Positions 1-11,082 of a DNA stretch of 64,000 nt are shown here, piece after piece (the first letter of the stretch is position 1; every line of letters starts with the position of its first letter). The notes under the pieces are model-generated. The model searched no databases. It was not told where the DNA came from and saw only the letters and a list, made by a program, of their open reading frames with translations. Source of the stretch: Octopus sinensis (lineage: Eukaryota); assembly GCF_006345805.1 (NCBI RefSeq), contig NC_043005.1:43648001-43712000 (forward strand), in the 5' to 3' direction. Made by a program: the position numbers and the translations under genes.

Positions 1-29
1 ACAACCGAATGTTTTAGTTGTTGCACAAA

Positions 30-530
30 TCTTTATATATAAAAGTAAGGTTGTGTGTCTGTCTCCTACGATTTAGATTCCTAACTACTCCCACATTTTG
101 CGGTGCAGTGTAACCAAAACCGGGTATCTTATAGTCGTGATTCATATCGAGCCCTTCTGGGTATTAGCGCGCGTCTACGATGAGTCTACGATTAAAAAAA
201 AAATTACCATCATTTTTTATTCCATTTTAATGCATTTTTCGCTATTATATAAGGGAAGTAACTCTCTAAAAATGTCTACGATGAGTCAACGATTAAAAAA
301 AAAATTACCATCATTTTTTTATTCCATTTTAATGCATTTTTCGCTATTATATAAGGGAAGTAACTCTCTAAAAATGTCTACGATGAGTCAACGATTTAAA
401 AAAGAAATTACTATCATTTTTTATTCCATCTTTAATGCATTTTTTGCTATTTTTTTTGCTATAACTCACTAAAAATGCTTATATAGTTATTTCCCTTACA
501 AACCCGAGCAACGCCGGGCGATACTGCTAG
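30..530 (+). mobile_element. Non-autonomous Helitron, copy 1
   Basis: Starts A|TC at 29/30 and ends CTAG|T at 530/531. Subterminal GC hairpin CCCGAGCAACGCCGGG (503-518). No TSD. Internal ~90-bp unit repeated about 3 times. Second copy at 46085-46480. Confidence 0.9.
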
Positions 531-639
531 TAAAATTGAAAACTTTAAATTATTTAAATTGAAAATAAAAATTATGAAATTATATTTATAATTTGTTTAA
601 AAATATATATAACTGAAAAAGTATGAAAAAGTTTAATAT

Positions 640-925
640 ACATAAAATGTATATATTTATATATAGAACACCACACACACACATACATTATATATACATA
701 TTTATATATAGAACACACACACACACACACATACATTATATATACATATTTATATATAGAACACACACACACACACACACATTATATATACATATTTATA
801 TATAGAACACACACACACACACACACATACATTATATATACATATTTATATATAGAACACACACACACACGCACATACATTATATATACATATTTATATA
901 TAGAACACACACACACACACACACA
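640..925. repeat. Compound minisatellite (ATATATACATATTTATATATAGAAC(AC)nATACATT)
   Basis: About six ~45-bp units visible directly. Confidence 0.9.
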
Positions 926-1346
926 TATAAATGAACGCAAGAATATCTGATTCATAATATTTGTTCTCATGCTCGTGTGTTGTTTGTTTGTGACAGACAT
1001 ATACTTAAAAGAACGTCACCGAAGTGATAGGAAGGTAGGAAACAGAGTCAGTGAAAAAGAAAGGAAATAGCGATAGTGACAGATACTTTAAATAACCGTA
1101 GTGGACTTCTGAAAGTTATGAAGAGGAGTAAGAGAGGGAAAGGAGGAAATAGGGTGAGTGAGGAAGATGGCCCCTAGCAACCACACCTTTTAAGATAGGG
1201 ATTTCTAAAGTAGCCCACGCGCATCGTCACCTCATTCTACATGTCCCTGTAAATTTTGTAGCGAATCGGACGGGATGTAGTGGCATTGAAAGCGATCCAA
1301 GCGGTAAAAACGCAATTCAGTTTTATATATAGAGATATATATATAT

Positions 1347-1519
1347 ACCACTACACTCACGGAGTGGTTAGCGTTAGGAAGGGCTTCCAGCTGTAGAAAC
1401 ACTGCCAAATCAGACTGGAGCCTGGTGCAGCCTCCATGGCTTACCAGACCCCGGTCGAACCGTCCAACCCATGCTAGCATGGAAAACGGACGTTAAATGA
1501 TGATGATGATGATGATGAT
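1347..1519 (+). mobile_element. 3' part of a SINE with RTE-like tail ending in (GAT)n
   Basis: GGAGTGGTTAGCGTTAGGAAGGGC...CCAACCCATGCTAGCATGGAAAACGGACGTTAAA(TGA)n. Same sequence recurs at 25714-26200 (-), ~54000-54145 and 57510-57942. Confidence 0.75.
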
Positions 1520-1735
1520 TGTTACACATTCATATCTATGTGTTACGTATGCCAAACTACATCCCCACTCTTGGCACTATTTTGTTAGTGAACAGTACAA
1601 CTGTGTGTAAAGTATATTATGTATCACTACGCTGAACGTCGAGTTCGTGTAACATGTAAAGCAAATAAACACGTAACAATAACAATGGTTTTCATTTGGT
1701 TGTCTTTCCCATTAGAACACGAACCACGCATAACA

Positions 1736-1748
1736 TGGTGGCAGCGGT
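1736..1748 (+). other. Primer-binding site complementary to tRNA-Leu 3' end
   Basis: TGGTGGCAGCGGT directly after the 5' LTR is the reverse complement of ACCGCTGCCACCA, the 3' end of eukaryotic tRNA-Leu(AAG/TAG). Confidence 0.8.
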
Positions 1749-1859
1749 AAATAATTAAACGGAAACTGTGCCTTTACAACAAATCAGAAACGCAACGAAC
1801 CAGGAGAGTAACAAACAAAACATCGCTTCGTCTTAGGACAACAAACACGACGATCCAAG

Positions 1860-2494
1860 ATGGCGACCCCCGCCGCCGTACAGATGAATCTACATCCGAT
1901 TATGGATTGGGACTCCGATGATATTTTGGAAGCATTTAAAAAGTTTAAACAGAAAACTCAACTAGCTTTCAAAAGTTTCCTGAAAGGCACAACTGACGAT
2001 GAGAAGGTAAGCTATATCCTTTTGTGGTCAGGTAATAAAGGAATAGACCTATTCAATAGCTGGGATATGTCAGGATCGGACTGCAATAACCCAGACACAC
2101 TTCTTGAGAAATTTGAAAGGCACCTAGAGCCCAGGTCGAACCATAGAATTCACAGATACTTGGAGGACAACATGTGCATACTCAAGATCCCATAACTAAA
2201 ACATGGATCCCAGCACAGGTTGTCAGTAGAGCTGAAACTCCAAGATCATATACAATAGAAACGGAATCTGGTAGGCAGCTGAGACGCAACAGGGCCCACA
2301 TCCGCCCAACACCAGAGCTGTCGAGGACAACGTGTACAACGCCTGCTGCATTAGTGACAACACCCACAGAATCATCACCCCAACGTGCACCAACCACCTA
2401 TCAGCAGCCCAACAACACTCCTCAGACACCGGTGCGAAGCACAAGATCCACCAGATGGAGAAAGAACATTCTGCCACCGGCTCGATACCGTTAA
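1860..2494 (+). pseudogene. Gag N-terminus (1860-~2160) joined to integrase C-terminal module (~2160-2494)
   Basis: DWDSDDILEAFKKFKQK...KVSYILLWSG..GIDLFNSW...LLEKFERHLEPRSN...R resembles Mag-group Gag. WIPAQVVSRAETPRSYTIETESGRQLRRNRAHIRP is the typical Mag/K02A2.6-like integrase tail. Protease, RT, RNase H and integrase core are absent. Confidence 0.8.
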
Positions 2495-2666
2495 AGAAAA
2501 AAAAGGGAAAATGAAAAGAGAAGTAACTAATACAGCTAGACTACAAAGCAGAGGCAGAATAATCTCACGATTTCTGCTGTAGGATTGCCACCTCAGGCTG
2601 ACAATCCATAGAGTAAGGGAGACTACTTAAATTGTCTTCACTGCCAAAAGACCCCTTTATTTTTTC

Positions 2667-2678
2667 AAGAAGAAGGGA
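2667..2678 (+). other. Polypurine tract
   Basis: AAGAAGAAGGGA immediately before the 3' LTR. Confidence 0.85.
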
Positions 2679-4323
2679 TGTTACACATTCATATCTATGT
2701 GTTACGTATGCCAAACTACATCCCCACTCTTGGCACTATTTTGTTAATGAACAGTACAACTGTGTGTAAAGTATATTATGTATCACTACGCTGAACGTCG
2801 AGTCCGTGTAACATGTAAAGCAAATAAACACGTAACAATTACAATGGTTTTCATTTGGTTGTCTATCCCATTAGAACCCAAACTACACATAACAATGATG
2901 ATGATGATGACATACATACATATATACACGCACATATATATCTGTGTGTGTGTGTGTGTTTATTTGAAAACTATAAACTCATTGGGCTGGAGCTTATCTG
3001 AGTTTCTGATGTATAGAAGCGACTGAGAGTATAATACGCTCTTTTAAGCGGGACGTCATTTTGCAGTCCTTTTTAGCCACCAGTTATTGCTGCTGTTCAT
3101 TTCAGCCGGTAAGACTGGAGTAAAGTGAAATGAAATGCTTTGTTCAAGGACGCAACGCACCATCATGTACCACAGGTGTAGTCCAAAACCTTACCATTGT
3201 GAACCCAATACCCTAATTACGAGGTTGTGAATCGGGGGAGTCGTTTAAGTATCGGTCAGAGTGCTTCGTGTTATTTGTTTATGACCCTGCTCTTAGTTCA
3301 ACTCCTGCCAGTGTCAATTTTGCTTTTCGTAGTTTGGGATCGATAAATTATGTGCCAATATAAGGCGGTGAATTGAAAGAATTTTTAGAGTGTCGGACAA
3401 AAGGCTTTGTGAATACTCAATGCGTTCTGAGTTCACATCCTGCTTTTTCTCACCGTGAGACTTCTGTTGAGATCAACAGATTGTATCAGTAATAGGAGCT
3501 GGGGAAAACAATAAAAATATTATTGTTTCCATTACAAAATCATTATCTTATATATATTTAGGTTGAATATACTATCCTACCGTGGCTGTAGTCTAATGAT
3601 TAAAGCTATAAATATCTATGTCTTTCACAAGTAACAACAGCAATAATTTCAAACTGGGAGAGAGATACTGCTTGGAATTTACTGCAAGTTATTGATACGG
3701 CAACATGCGACTTACTCAACATAACTGGAAACAATTCTGCTATATTCATGGTGACAGAAGGTCCTGTCATCTATTTGCGCCATTCCTAGGTTGTCTGGCT
3801 TGTAAAAATGAACACCGAATAGTTTTTATACGGTACCAGTCGTCTAATTGTAAGATGTTCAAGAAAACCTGTCCACGCCATCGCATCACGCTGATTGGGC
3901 GATCACGTGATATGCCGATCATGTGAAATTATGGTGGCTTGCTAGTGATGTCTGACCGCGTATCCAGGGATTCCGTTTCGAATCACCGCTATTTGAACAC
4001 CAGCAAACTGGATCCTATTTTCCTTCATCTTTCACTCAGCCACCCTTCCATTGGAATGCTCACTCTTCTGCAACTTTCTATTTCCTTTTCACTAATTCTA
4101 TAAAGACTCGGATTTCTCCTATACAACTGCGCCTCTCCTGCCAAAAAAAAGGCAAGAACCTCTACCATGTAGGGTCGATTGTATTAGCTGTGTATGTCAC
4201 ATCTTTCTCAACATCACTATAACCACCGGACAACCAATTCCCTGTTCTAAATCATTCAAAACTTCAGTTGCACCTCTATCAGTATTATACATTCCAACAC
4301 ATGAAAACTTTGTGATGCCTTTA

Positions 4324-4364
<41 letters not shown>

Positions 4365-4368
<4 letters not shown>

Positions 4369-4745
4369 TTGGGGTACTTAGTTGTGCTCATGACTTAGTG
4401 TTTGCTTCTTCCATGGGTATGAGTAAGTATCTCATTTATTTCTTTTGCCACATGTATCACTGACGAAGAGAGGGCTCTTAGTAGCTAACTCTGAAATCGG
4501 TCCGATATGGTAATAATGGAATTTTTTAGAAATTTCTGTCGACCTTTTTTCGAGTAGCGTGCGTATTGTGAAAAATTATATGGTTAATGGACAATATGTC
4601 CAATTTTTCAGCATATTTGGCATTAGAAATTTTTTCCTTTACCCTCATTTATGAATTGTTTATAAATTTAACCGTTAAAGGTATTTTTTAATATGCTGAC
4701 CATTGATAAAATTTTTTTCGAAAAAGATTTTATCCTTACATTAGA
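4365..4745 (+). mobile_element. Short hammerhead-containing PLE-terminus or retrozyme-like insert between two (TA)n tracts
   Basis: About 380-bp non-coding segment bounded by (TA)n on both sides and carrying the ribozyme at 4455-4512. Confidence 0.6.
4455..4512 (+). ncRNA. Minimal type-I hammerhead ribozyme
   Basis: Stem I TATCA/TGGTA. Core CTGACGA (4460-4466). Stem II AGAG...CTCT. GAAA (4493-4496). Quasi-palindromic stem III ATCGGTCCGAT. Cleavage nucleotide A4507. Confidence 0.8.
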
Positions 4746-4980
4746 TATATATATATATATATGTTAAAGGCATCACAAAGTTTACATTCTACTAATACAA
4801 ATAATCAATACACATACATATCCAGCATAAATACCCTTACATTTGAACACAACCACCACCCAACCCATTCTACTGACACTGTACGGAACATCACCACAAT
4901 CTCTAATGCTCCGGCAAATAGCAGAAGTAACATTAACAATAGTAGTAGTGGCGGTGTTAGTAATGATAACGTTAGTAATG

Positions 4981-5016
<36 letters not shown>

Positions 5017-5220
5017 TAGAAATTTTCACCCCCTTCTATAACCTCTCTTCTGATGATACTACCTCCTCTGTTACCGAACACGGTCCTCAAAATTCACCTA
5101 ATTGTAATTGCCGTCCTGGAACCACCTGCCTGTTACAAACCCATTGCAGAAGATATAATGTAATCTACAAATGCACGGTCCTTCACCTATTACACAATTA
5201 TACAGCTATATGCATAGGAT

Positions 5221-6584
5221 TATAAAAATAGGATCACATGCGGTCGTATCGTGTAGGAGATACGGTCGCACGTGGTCATATTCTTAATGAAATATTACAG
5301 ACCATATAATACATACAGCGGCAATAGAACACAAGTGGAATGACAAGATTTCTTTTTGAGATATATACATTATTTATTTCACATATTTTACAATCATGCT
5401 GATGTTGGAAGTTTGTAAGTGTTAGCATGTTTTTGTGTCCGTGTGTTCGTGAGCGCGACAGAGCAAATCAGGTGAAAGTGATTGACGTAGAAAAGTTACC
5501 CGATGGTGGGGGCAGCGAATATAGTAGGCTTCTTGTGTTGTTTGTATCGACATAGCAACAGATAGTAGCAGATGGCTTAAGGTAGTTCTTAGAAGAACTA
5601 GAACCCAAGACAGATAATTGATTTACCGTTTATGAGGTACACGGAGTGTAAGAGTTCCATATCAAGATGTTGCGTCTCGTAGTTGAGATTAATTGAATCA
5701 CTTGTTGTGTTTTATCTTTCTCTTGATATGAATATACTTCCAGATATATTAACTGTAGCCGTTTTTCCCGTGGTGAGATTTTCACCTAACCGCTAGAGTT
5801 GAATCTGTAGTTGTCTTGTGTACAAATTAAACCTTCGTAGATAGAGACGATGTTTGGCGATGAGTTGTGTCTGTCGCTTGGTTTTTGTTGCGTCTTCATT
5901 ATATATTCTGCTTGGTTATTTTTCTCTAGTTATAGATATCCTGTAACCGTCCCTTTCGTGGTGATATTTTCACACTAACAGTATGAGATGAATCTGTAAC
6001 ATCTTGTGTACAAGCTAAATCTTCGTGGATAGTTATGCTTGGTGATCGCCTGCCTTTCGAACCGGAACATGGTTGGTATGCTCTGTGTGGTCAGAGGTCC
6101 GCCCTGAAAAGGACTGTAACCTAAGACGAGCTCTGTGGTCAGAGGTTTAGCTCTGAAAAGAACTAAAAACCTAAGACGAGCTCTGTGGTCAGAGGTTTAG
6201 CTCTGAAAAGAACTAAAAACCTAAGACGAGCTCTGTGGTCAGAGGTTTAGCTCTGAAAAGAACTAAAAACCTAAGACGAGCTCTGTGGTCAGAGGTTTAG
6301 CTCTGAAAAGAACTAAAAACCTAAGACGAAAAGTGTCTGAGAACACTTCTTTATATAAGGTTTATGTGGCTCAAACGAACTTCAGAAATGAAAAGCTGTG
6401 ATTGGCTGCTTGGAACAAATGGCGCGAAAATAAGCGGAGGTAAATCGCGTCACGTGACAACCAATCGGATTAGTGTTTACAACAACGTTAAACTAGCCGA
6501 AAATGTTCGTAATCTCGAACGAGATTATTCTTAATACTCTTCTCAAACAGTGAAGATAGCAATGAGGGAAACGATATTGCTACA
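5221..6584 (-). mobile_element. Solo LTR (1364 bp) with 4-bp TSD GGAT
   Basis: GGAT at 5217-5220 and 6585-6588. Ends TATA.../...TACA (one mismatch from TGTA). On the minus strand: CCAAT (6401-6405), TATA (6351-6358), AATAAA (5373-5378). Its removal restores the host ORF frame. Confidence 0.75.
6121..6329. repeat. 50-bp tandem repeat, 4 identical copies plus partial and degenerate flanks
   Basis: CTAAGACGAGCTCTGTGGTCAGAGGTTTAGCTCTGAAAAGAACTAAAAAC x4. Each unit contains the hairpin CTCTG-TGGT-CAGAG. Confidence 0.95.
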
Positions 6585-7326
6585 GGATCAACAAAAAATT
6601 TTAAGCAACGATATGCCACTCATCGCTACTCTTTTAGATACGATAAACATAGTAATTCTACAACACTCACCAACCACATACATCATCTCAAAAATGCAAA
6701 TATACCCTATACTCTATCGTGGTCCATACTGGACTCGGGACTTCCCTACCGAGGTCAACGCTCAATCTGCAAGCTTTGCCTAAAGGAGGCTCTCCAAATA
6801 TCAAAGCACAACTCTCCAACACTGCTTAATAAATATAACGAGGTACTAAGCACATGAAACCACCGCATTATCACACATTTAAATTCTACCACAAATCCAA
6901 ATGCCAGAATTACCATACAGCACATTTCCGCAATACTCCTTAGGTAATCCCAATAACCTATAAATTTACACTCTAACACATAATCCCTATCTAGTTTCTC
7001 ACATATACAACCATCTGATTATATTCGTATGTAAATGTACACATCCATGCGCGCGTATATATGTCGAGTGAGGGTATGCGTATATGCATGCATGTGAGTA
7101 TATGTAAACATACGTACACATGCAAGGTATATATACCTGCATATGCAGGCGCAATGATACATGCAAATGAACGTGTATGAGTGCATACGCATGCAAATGA
7201 GGATTGTATATGTAACTTATCTGATATATACATGTATATGCATCTTCACATATATATTTTCTCAGATTACTAAGCACTGAACTGCTATTTCCTTAATTCT
7301 TCATATCTTTGTTCCACAATTAGACT

Positions 7327-7369
<43 letters not shown>

Positions 7370-7999
7370 ACATTGGTCATTCCTTTACCTCTTAACCCCC
7401 CCATTCCTCTATCTTTTACACTAAAATACCTTTCTCTCTCTATCCCCATTCCTACTTTCAAATTATCTCCACTGACCACAGACTGATCTATATCTTATTT
7501 TTATTTTTCTTTATTCCCTTTATTCCTATCTTCAGGGTCTTTATTTATTTTTTTAATTTTTAGTAATCTTCTCTCTTCTTTCTCTTTCATTCTTTTTTCT
7601 CTTCCTTTTTTTTTTCTCCTTATTTCATTCCTCTCTTCCTGTTTTCAATTTAACCATACTAGTACACTCCTTCTCGGTCATTTTAAATAAAAACCTTTGA
7701 CTCTGCAAACACTGTATATAAATTCCTTACTGGGAATGACCAAATTTAAAAATCTGCTGGATCTCATAAGGGAATCTTATATTACTTATAAACTCTATAT
7801 TTGGAAGGACTCATATTAAACTCTGTTGGACTTTTGGATTTTACTCAAAGGATATTGGAATACTGCATATATACCATTATGCCTATAGAACGGATTTACA
7901 ACTTCAATACTCATACATATCTTACATCTATTTTCTTTCCTCCACCTCACTCTTTATTTTGTATCTAAACTAACTATGACTTAATTTTCCTCTCACGCC

Positions 8000-8051
8000 G
8001 TCTCCGATGAAGGGATATTATTAATTAATATCCTGGAAACAGCTGTAAGAC
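8000..8051 (+). ncRNA. Minimal type-I hammerhead ribozyme (CCGAUGA core variant)
   Basis: Stem I GTCT/AGAC. Core CCGATGA. Stem II GGATATTA/TAATATCC. GAAA at 8036-8039. Palindromic stem III ACAGCTGT. GUA triplet. Confidence 0.75.
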
Positions 8052-8248
8052 CTATCTATAAATGCTCTAATATCTATACAGCCTTGGTTACTTTTATCTT
8101 ATTACGCAAAAAAATTCTTATACACACACACATATATATATTGAGAAAAAGGTGAGTCATAATTTTGGATAATTCTTTATTATATGACATATTTCGGGGG
8201 CTTTTTGCTTCTTTTTTTCAATATACAATATCTGTACAACACTTCAAA

Positions 8249-8318
<70 letters not shown>

Positions 8319-8320
8319 TA

Positions 8321-8570
8321 CAAAGTATGGGAGTTTAGTTCAGAGGTGATCCAAACGATAAGGTACGCTAGGTAAGTTCTATAAAGGATTACTGGGGCTC
8401 CAAGGTTATAGCCGGCACGGTAGTTATGGAGTCATTGCAGCAGTTATATAACTGTTATACTGGATAGTAAACATTAAGGCAAGGCAAACATCTCAAGTCG
8501 TATATAATGATATCGTATACGACTTGAGATGTTTGCATTGCCTTAATGTTTACTGCCCTGTTTTACAATT
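8321..8570. repeat. Unclassified interspersed repeat ending in a ~39-bp-arm hairpin; second copy at ~54412-54670
   Basis: Shared TATGGG(A/G)GTTTAGTTCA...GGATTACT.GGGCTCCAA.GTTATAGC body. Inverted arms at 8466-8504 and 8516-8554. Confidence 0.7.
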
Positions 8571-8825
8571 AGATATTTATATATCACGTGATCACGTGAC
8601 CGACCAGTACATCAGATGTAGTTACACATCGCTGGTCACAATGTGTTCGCATTGTTTTAGCCTTCGAATGACGCCAAGAGTGGGAGAAAGAGTGGTGAAA
8701 GAGTACAGCAGGGATCACCCCACCCCCCTGCCGGAACCTCGTGGAGCTTTTAGGTGTTTTCGCTCAATAAACACTCACAACGCCCGGTCTGGGAATCGAA
8801 ACCGCGATCCTACGACTGCGAGTCC

Positions 8826-8899
<74 letters not shown>

Positions 8900-8902
<3 letters not shown>

Positions 8903-9988
8903 ATATATCTTATTTATTTATTTTATTTTATTTTATCTAGTTTCAGCTCACGAGCTGTGGCCATGCTGGGGCACCGCCATTTGGTGTTGCTACATGATTT
9001 TACTTCACGAATGCTTTTTAGCAATTGGCATTTGGTGCATGAGAGAGTTCGATGCAGCTGCCCTCATCTGCACCTCCTGCCGTGAAGTTGGTTCGTCTGG
9101 GACACCTGACAGGAAGAGATTCAGTTTTATTTTAAAGACATCTGCATTCACCCGATGCAGGTCTCTCAGGTCCTTCGGGAGGATATTGAAGAGCTGTGGG
9201 CCTCTGAAGCCCAGGCTATCACAGTATCTTGTCCTACATCTTGATGGCAAATTTGGAGTCCTTGGCACTATGCAGTGGCGCCCAGTTCTAGTATTTGTGT
9301 AACTCTCGATGCCAAAGTTTGGGACAAGTCCTTCCAGGATCTTCCAGATGTATATTATGGCATATCTTTCTCGCCTACGCTCTAAGGAATAGAGTCTTAA
9401 TCTCTTGAGTCTTTCCCAGTAGCTTATATGCTGCACAGAGGCTATCTTCTTCGTGTAGCTTCGTTGGATCGCCTCAAGTTCTGCGATTAACTTGACACTG
9501 GATGGTGACCATAGCTGAGAGCAATAGTCAAAGTGGCTTAAGACAAGTGTCCTCCAGAGGACCATCATGGTTTCCTGGTCTCTTGTTCTAAGGGTTCTAA
9601 GAATCCATCCGGTCAGCCGCCTACATTTCATTGCCAATTTAGCAACATGCACATGAAAGGTTGCATCATCACTCATGTAAATACCCAGGTCTCGCACTGA
9701 TTGTGCCTCTGGGATTGCAATCCCTCCAGGTCTAGTGTATTTATTGGGTATTGCATTTAGTTTTGCATGCTGATAGCATAAAGCTTGAAACTTTTCAGCA
9801 TTGAACTGCATGCTATTCTCTTCAGCCCATTTGTATATTTTATCCAGCTCACATTGCAGGTGCATAGTGTCTTCAGGGTTCTGTATTGTCTGTGAAACTT
9901 TTGTATCATCTGCATAACTTGTGATCGTGGCTCTCTGCGTGGCTGAGGGCATGTCTGAGAGGGCCATTATGAACAGTAGTGGTCCCAT
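8900..9988 (-). mobile_element. 5'-truncated CR1/L2-group LINE: RT C-terminus plus 3' UTR and (TAAAA)n tail
   Basis: 327-aa open frame 9005-9988: GPLLF...YADDTK...RDLG...DYCSQLWSP...LEAIQR...SYWERLKRLRLYSLERRRER. 3' UTR GGCGGTGCCCCAGCATGGCCACAGCTCGTGAGCTGAAAC. Confidence 0.9.
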
Positions 9989-10632
9989 TCTGTCCGAATT
10001 TTGAATAAAGAAAACAAGTGATCAAATGTTATTTAATTGAAATTTAATCATCAATGCACTTTCCCTGATTATCTATGACTTCCTTCCATCTATTTACAAG
10101 CTTTTTAATCCCATTGGTTTCAAAGCGAAGAACTCTGAAATGTCTGTTGCGACCTCCTCCTGGCTTGTGAAAGCATTGACCGTGAAACTCCACTGGCAAA
10201 AACTTGGGCGCGAAACTCTGCTGGGAAAACCTTGGTGGTAAAATTGGCAAACCGTGTTTCATATTTATATAATAGACTCTCCCGTCGAAGTCGACGTATG
10301 AGCGTTCAGCTTTTGGCCGAACGCCCTGCACAAATGATTTGATTACAGTGATCAAATGTTCGGACCGTACATTAGCTCACTCCCTCCATCGACGTTGTCT
10401 GGACAGGTTCACTATGTACCATGCATCAGGTGTGGAAGTAATCGCAGAGCAAAGTGAGATGAAGTGCTTCCCTCAAGAGCACAACGCATTACGTAGTACA
10501 GGAATTGAAATCACGATCGCTAGGTCAATTCTGCAACATCCTACCCACAATGCCATGCGCATATATAGGTGTGTGTATACAGTATATATGTATTCCTAGT
10601 CAACATATGATCTTTAACAAAAAATACTTGCT

Positions 10633-10801
10633 CGAGTGGCTGTGTGGTAAGTAGCTTGCTTACGAACCACATTGTTCCGGATTCAGTCCCACTGCGTGGC
10701 ACCTCGGGCAAGTGTCTTCTACTATAGCCTCGGGCCGACCTAAGCCTTGTGAGTGGATTTGGTAGACGGAAACTGAAAGAAGCCCGTCGTATATAGGTAT
10801 A

Positions 10802-10879
<78 letters not shown>

Positions 10880-11082
10880 TATGTCTGTTTGTTTTCCCCC
10901 AACATCGCTTGACAACCGATGCTGGTGTGTTTACGTCCCCGTAACTTAGCGGTTCGATAAAAGACACCGATAGAATAAGTACTAGGCTTACAAAGAATAA
11001 GTCCTGGGGTCGATTTGCTCGACCAAAGGCGGGGCTCCAGCATGGCAGCAGTCAAATGACTGAAACAAGTAAAACAAGTAAA
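10633..11082 (+). mobile_element. Major tRNA-derived SINE (near full length), with internal (TA)/(TG) tract and CR1-like tail
   Basis: GAGTGGCTGTGTGGTAAGTAGCTTGC...TTCAGTCCCACTGCGTGGCACC...CTCCAGCATGGC.GCAGTCAAATGACTGAAAC. More than 10 further copies or fragments in the window. Confidence 0.85.

Larger units (their letters stand above)
1520..2894 (+). mobile_element. Internally deleted non-autonomous Gypsy (Mag-like) LTR retrotransposon, 1375 bp
   Basis: 216-bp LTRs at 1520-1735 and 2679-2894 (TGTTA...TAACA, about 8 mismatches). PBS follows the 5' LTR and PPT precedes the 3' LTR. 5-bp TSD ATGAT inside the (GAT)n tail of the SINE. Confidence 0.93.
4761..6947 (+). pseudogene. PLE GIY-YIG endonuclease ORF split by a solo LTR (segments 4761-5220 and 6589-6947), with in-frame TGA at 6855-6857
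   Basis: Removing 5221-6588 restores the frame: ...CNCRPGTTCLLQTHCRRYNVIYKCTV...AICIG|STKNFKQRYATHRYSFRYDKHSNSTTLTNHIHHLKNANIPYTLSWSIL...PY...ICKLCLKEALQI...LLNKYNEVLST*NHR...ILLR-stop. Confidence 0.85.
4000..8120 (+). mobile_element. 5'-truncated Penelope-like element (Naiad-type) with nested insertions
   Basis: Degenerate RT C-terminal motifs (DPIFLHLSLSHPSI near 4011; PIPCSKSFKTSVA near 4234). CNCR...C...C...VIYKC-type GIY-YIG region. Long pyrimidine-rich 3' UTR and a terminal hammerhead at 8000-8051. Confidence 0.75.

Noticed and set aside
6121-6329. CRISPR-like or ribozyme array
   Set aside because: The units are identical end to end with no spacers, the context is eukaryotic, and CTGAAAA is not a hammerhead core.
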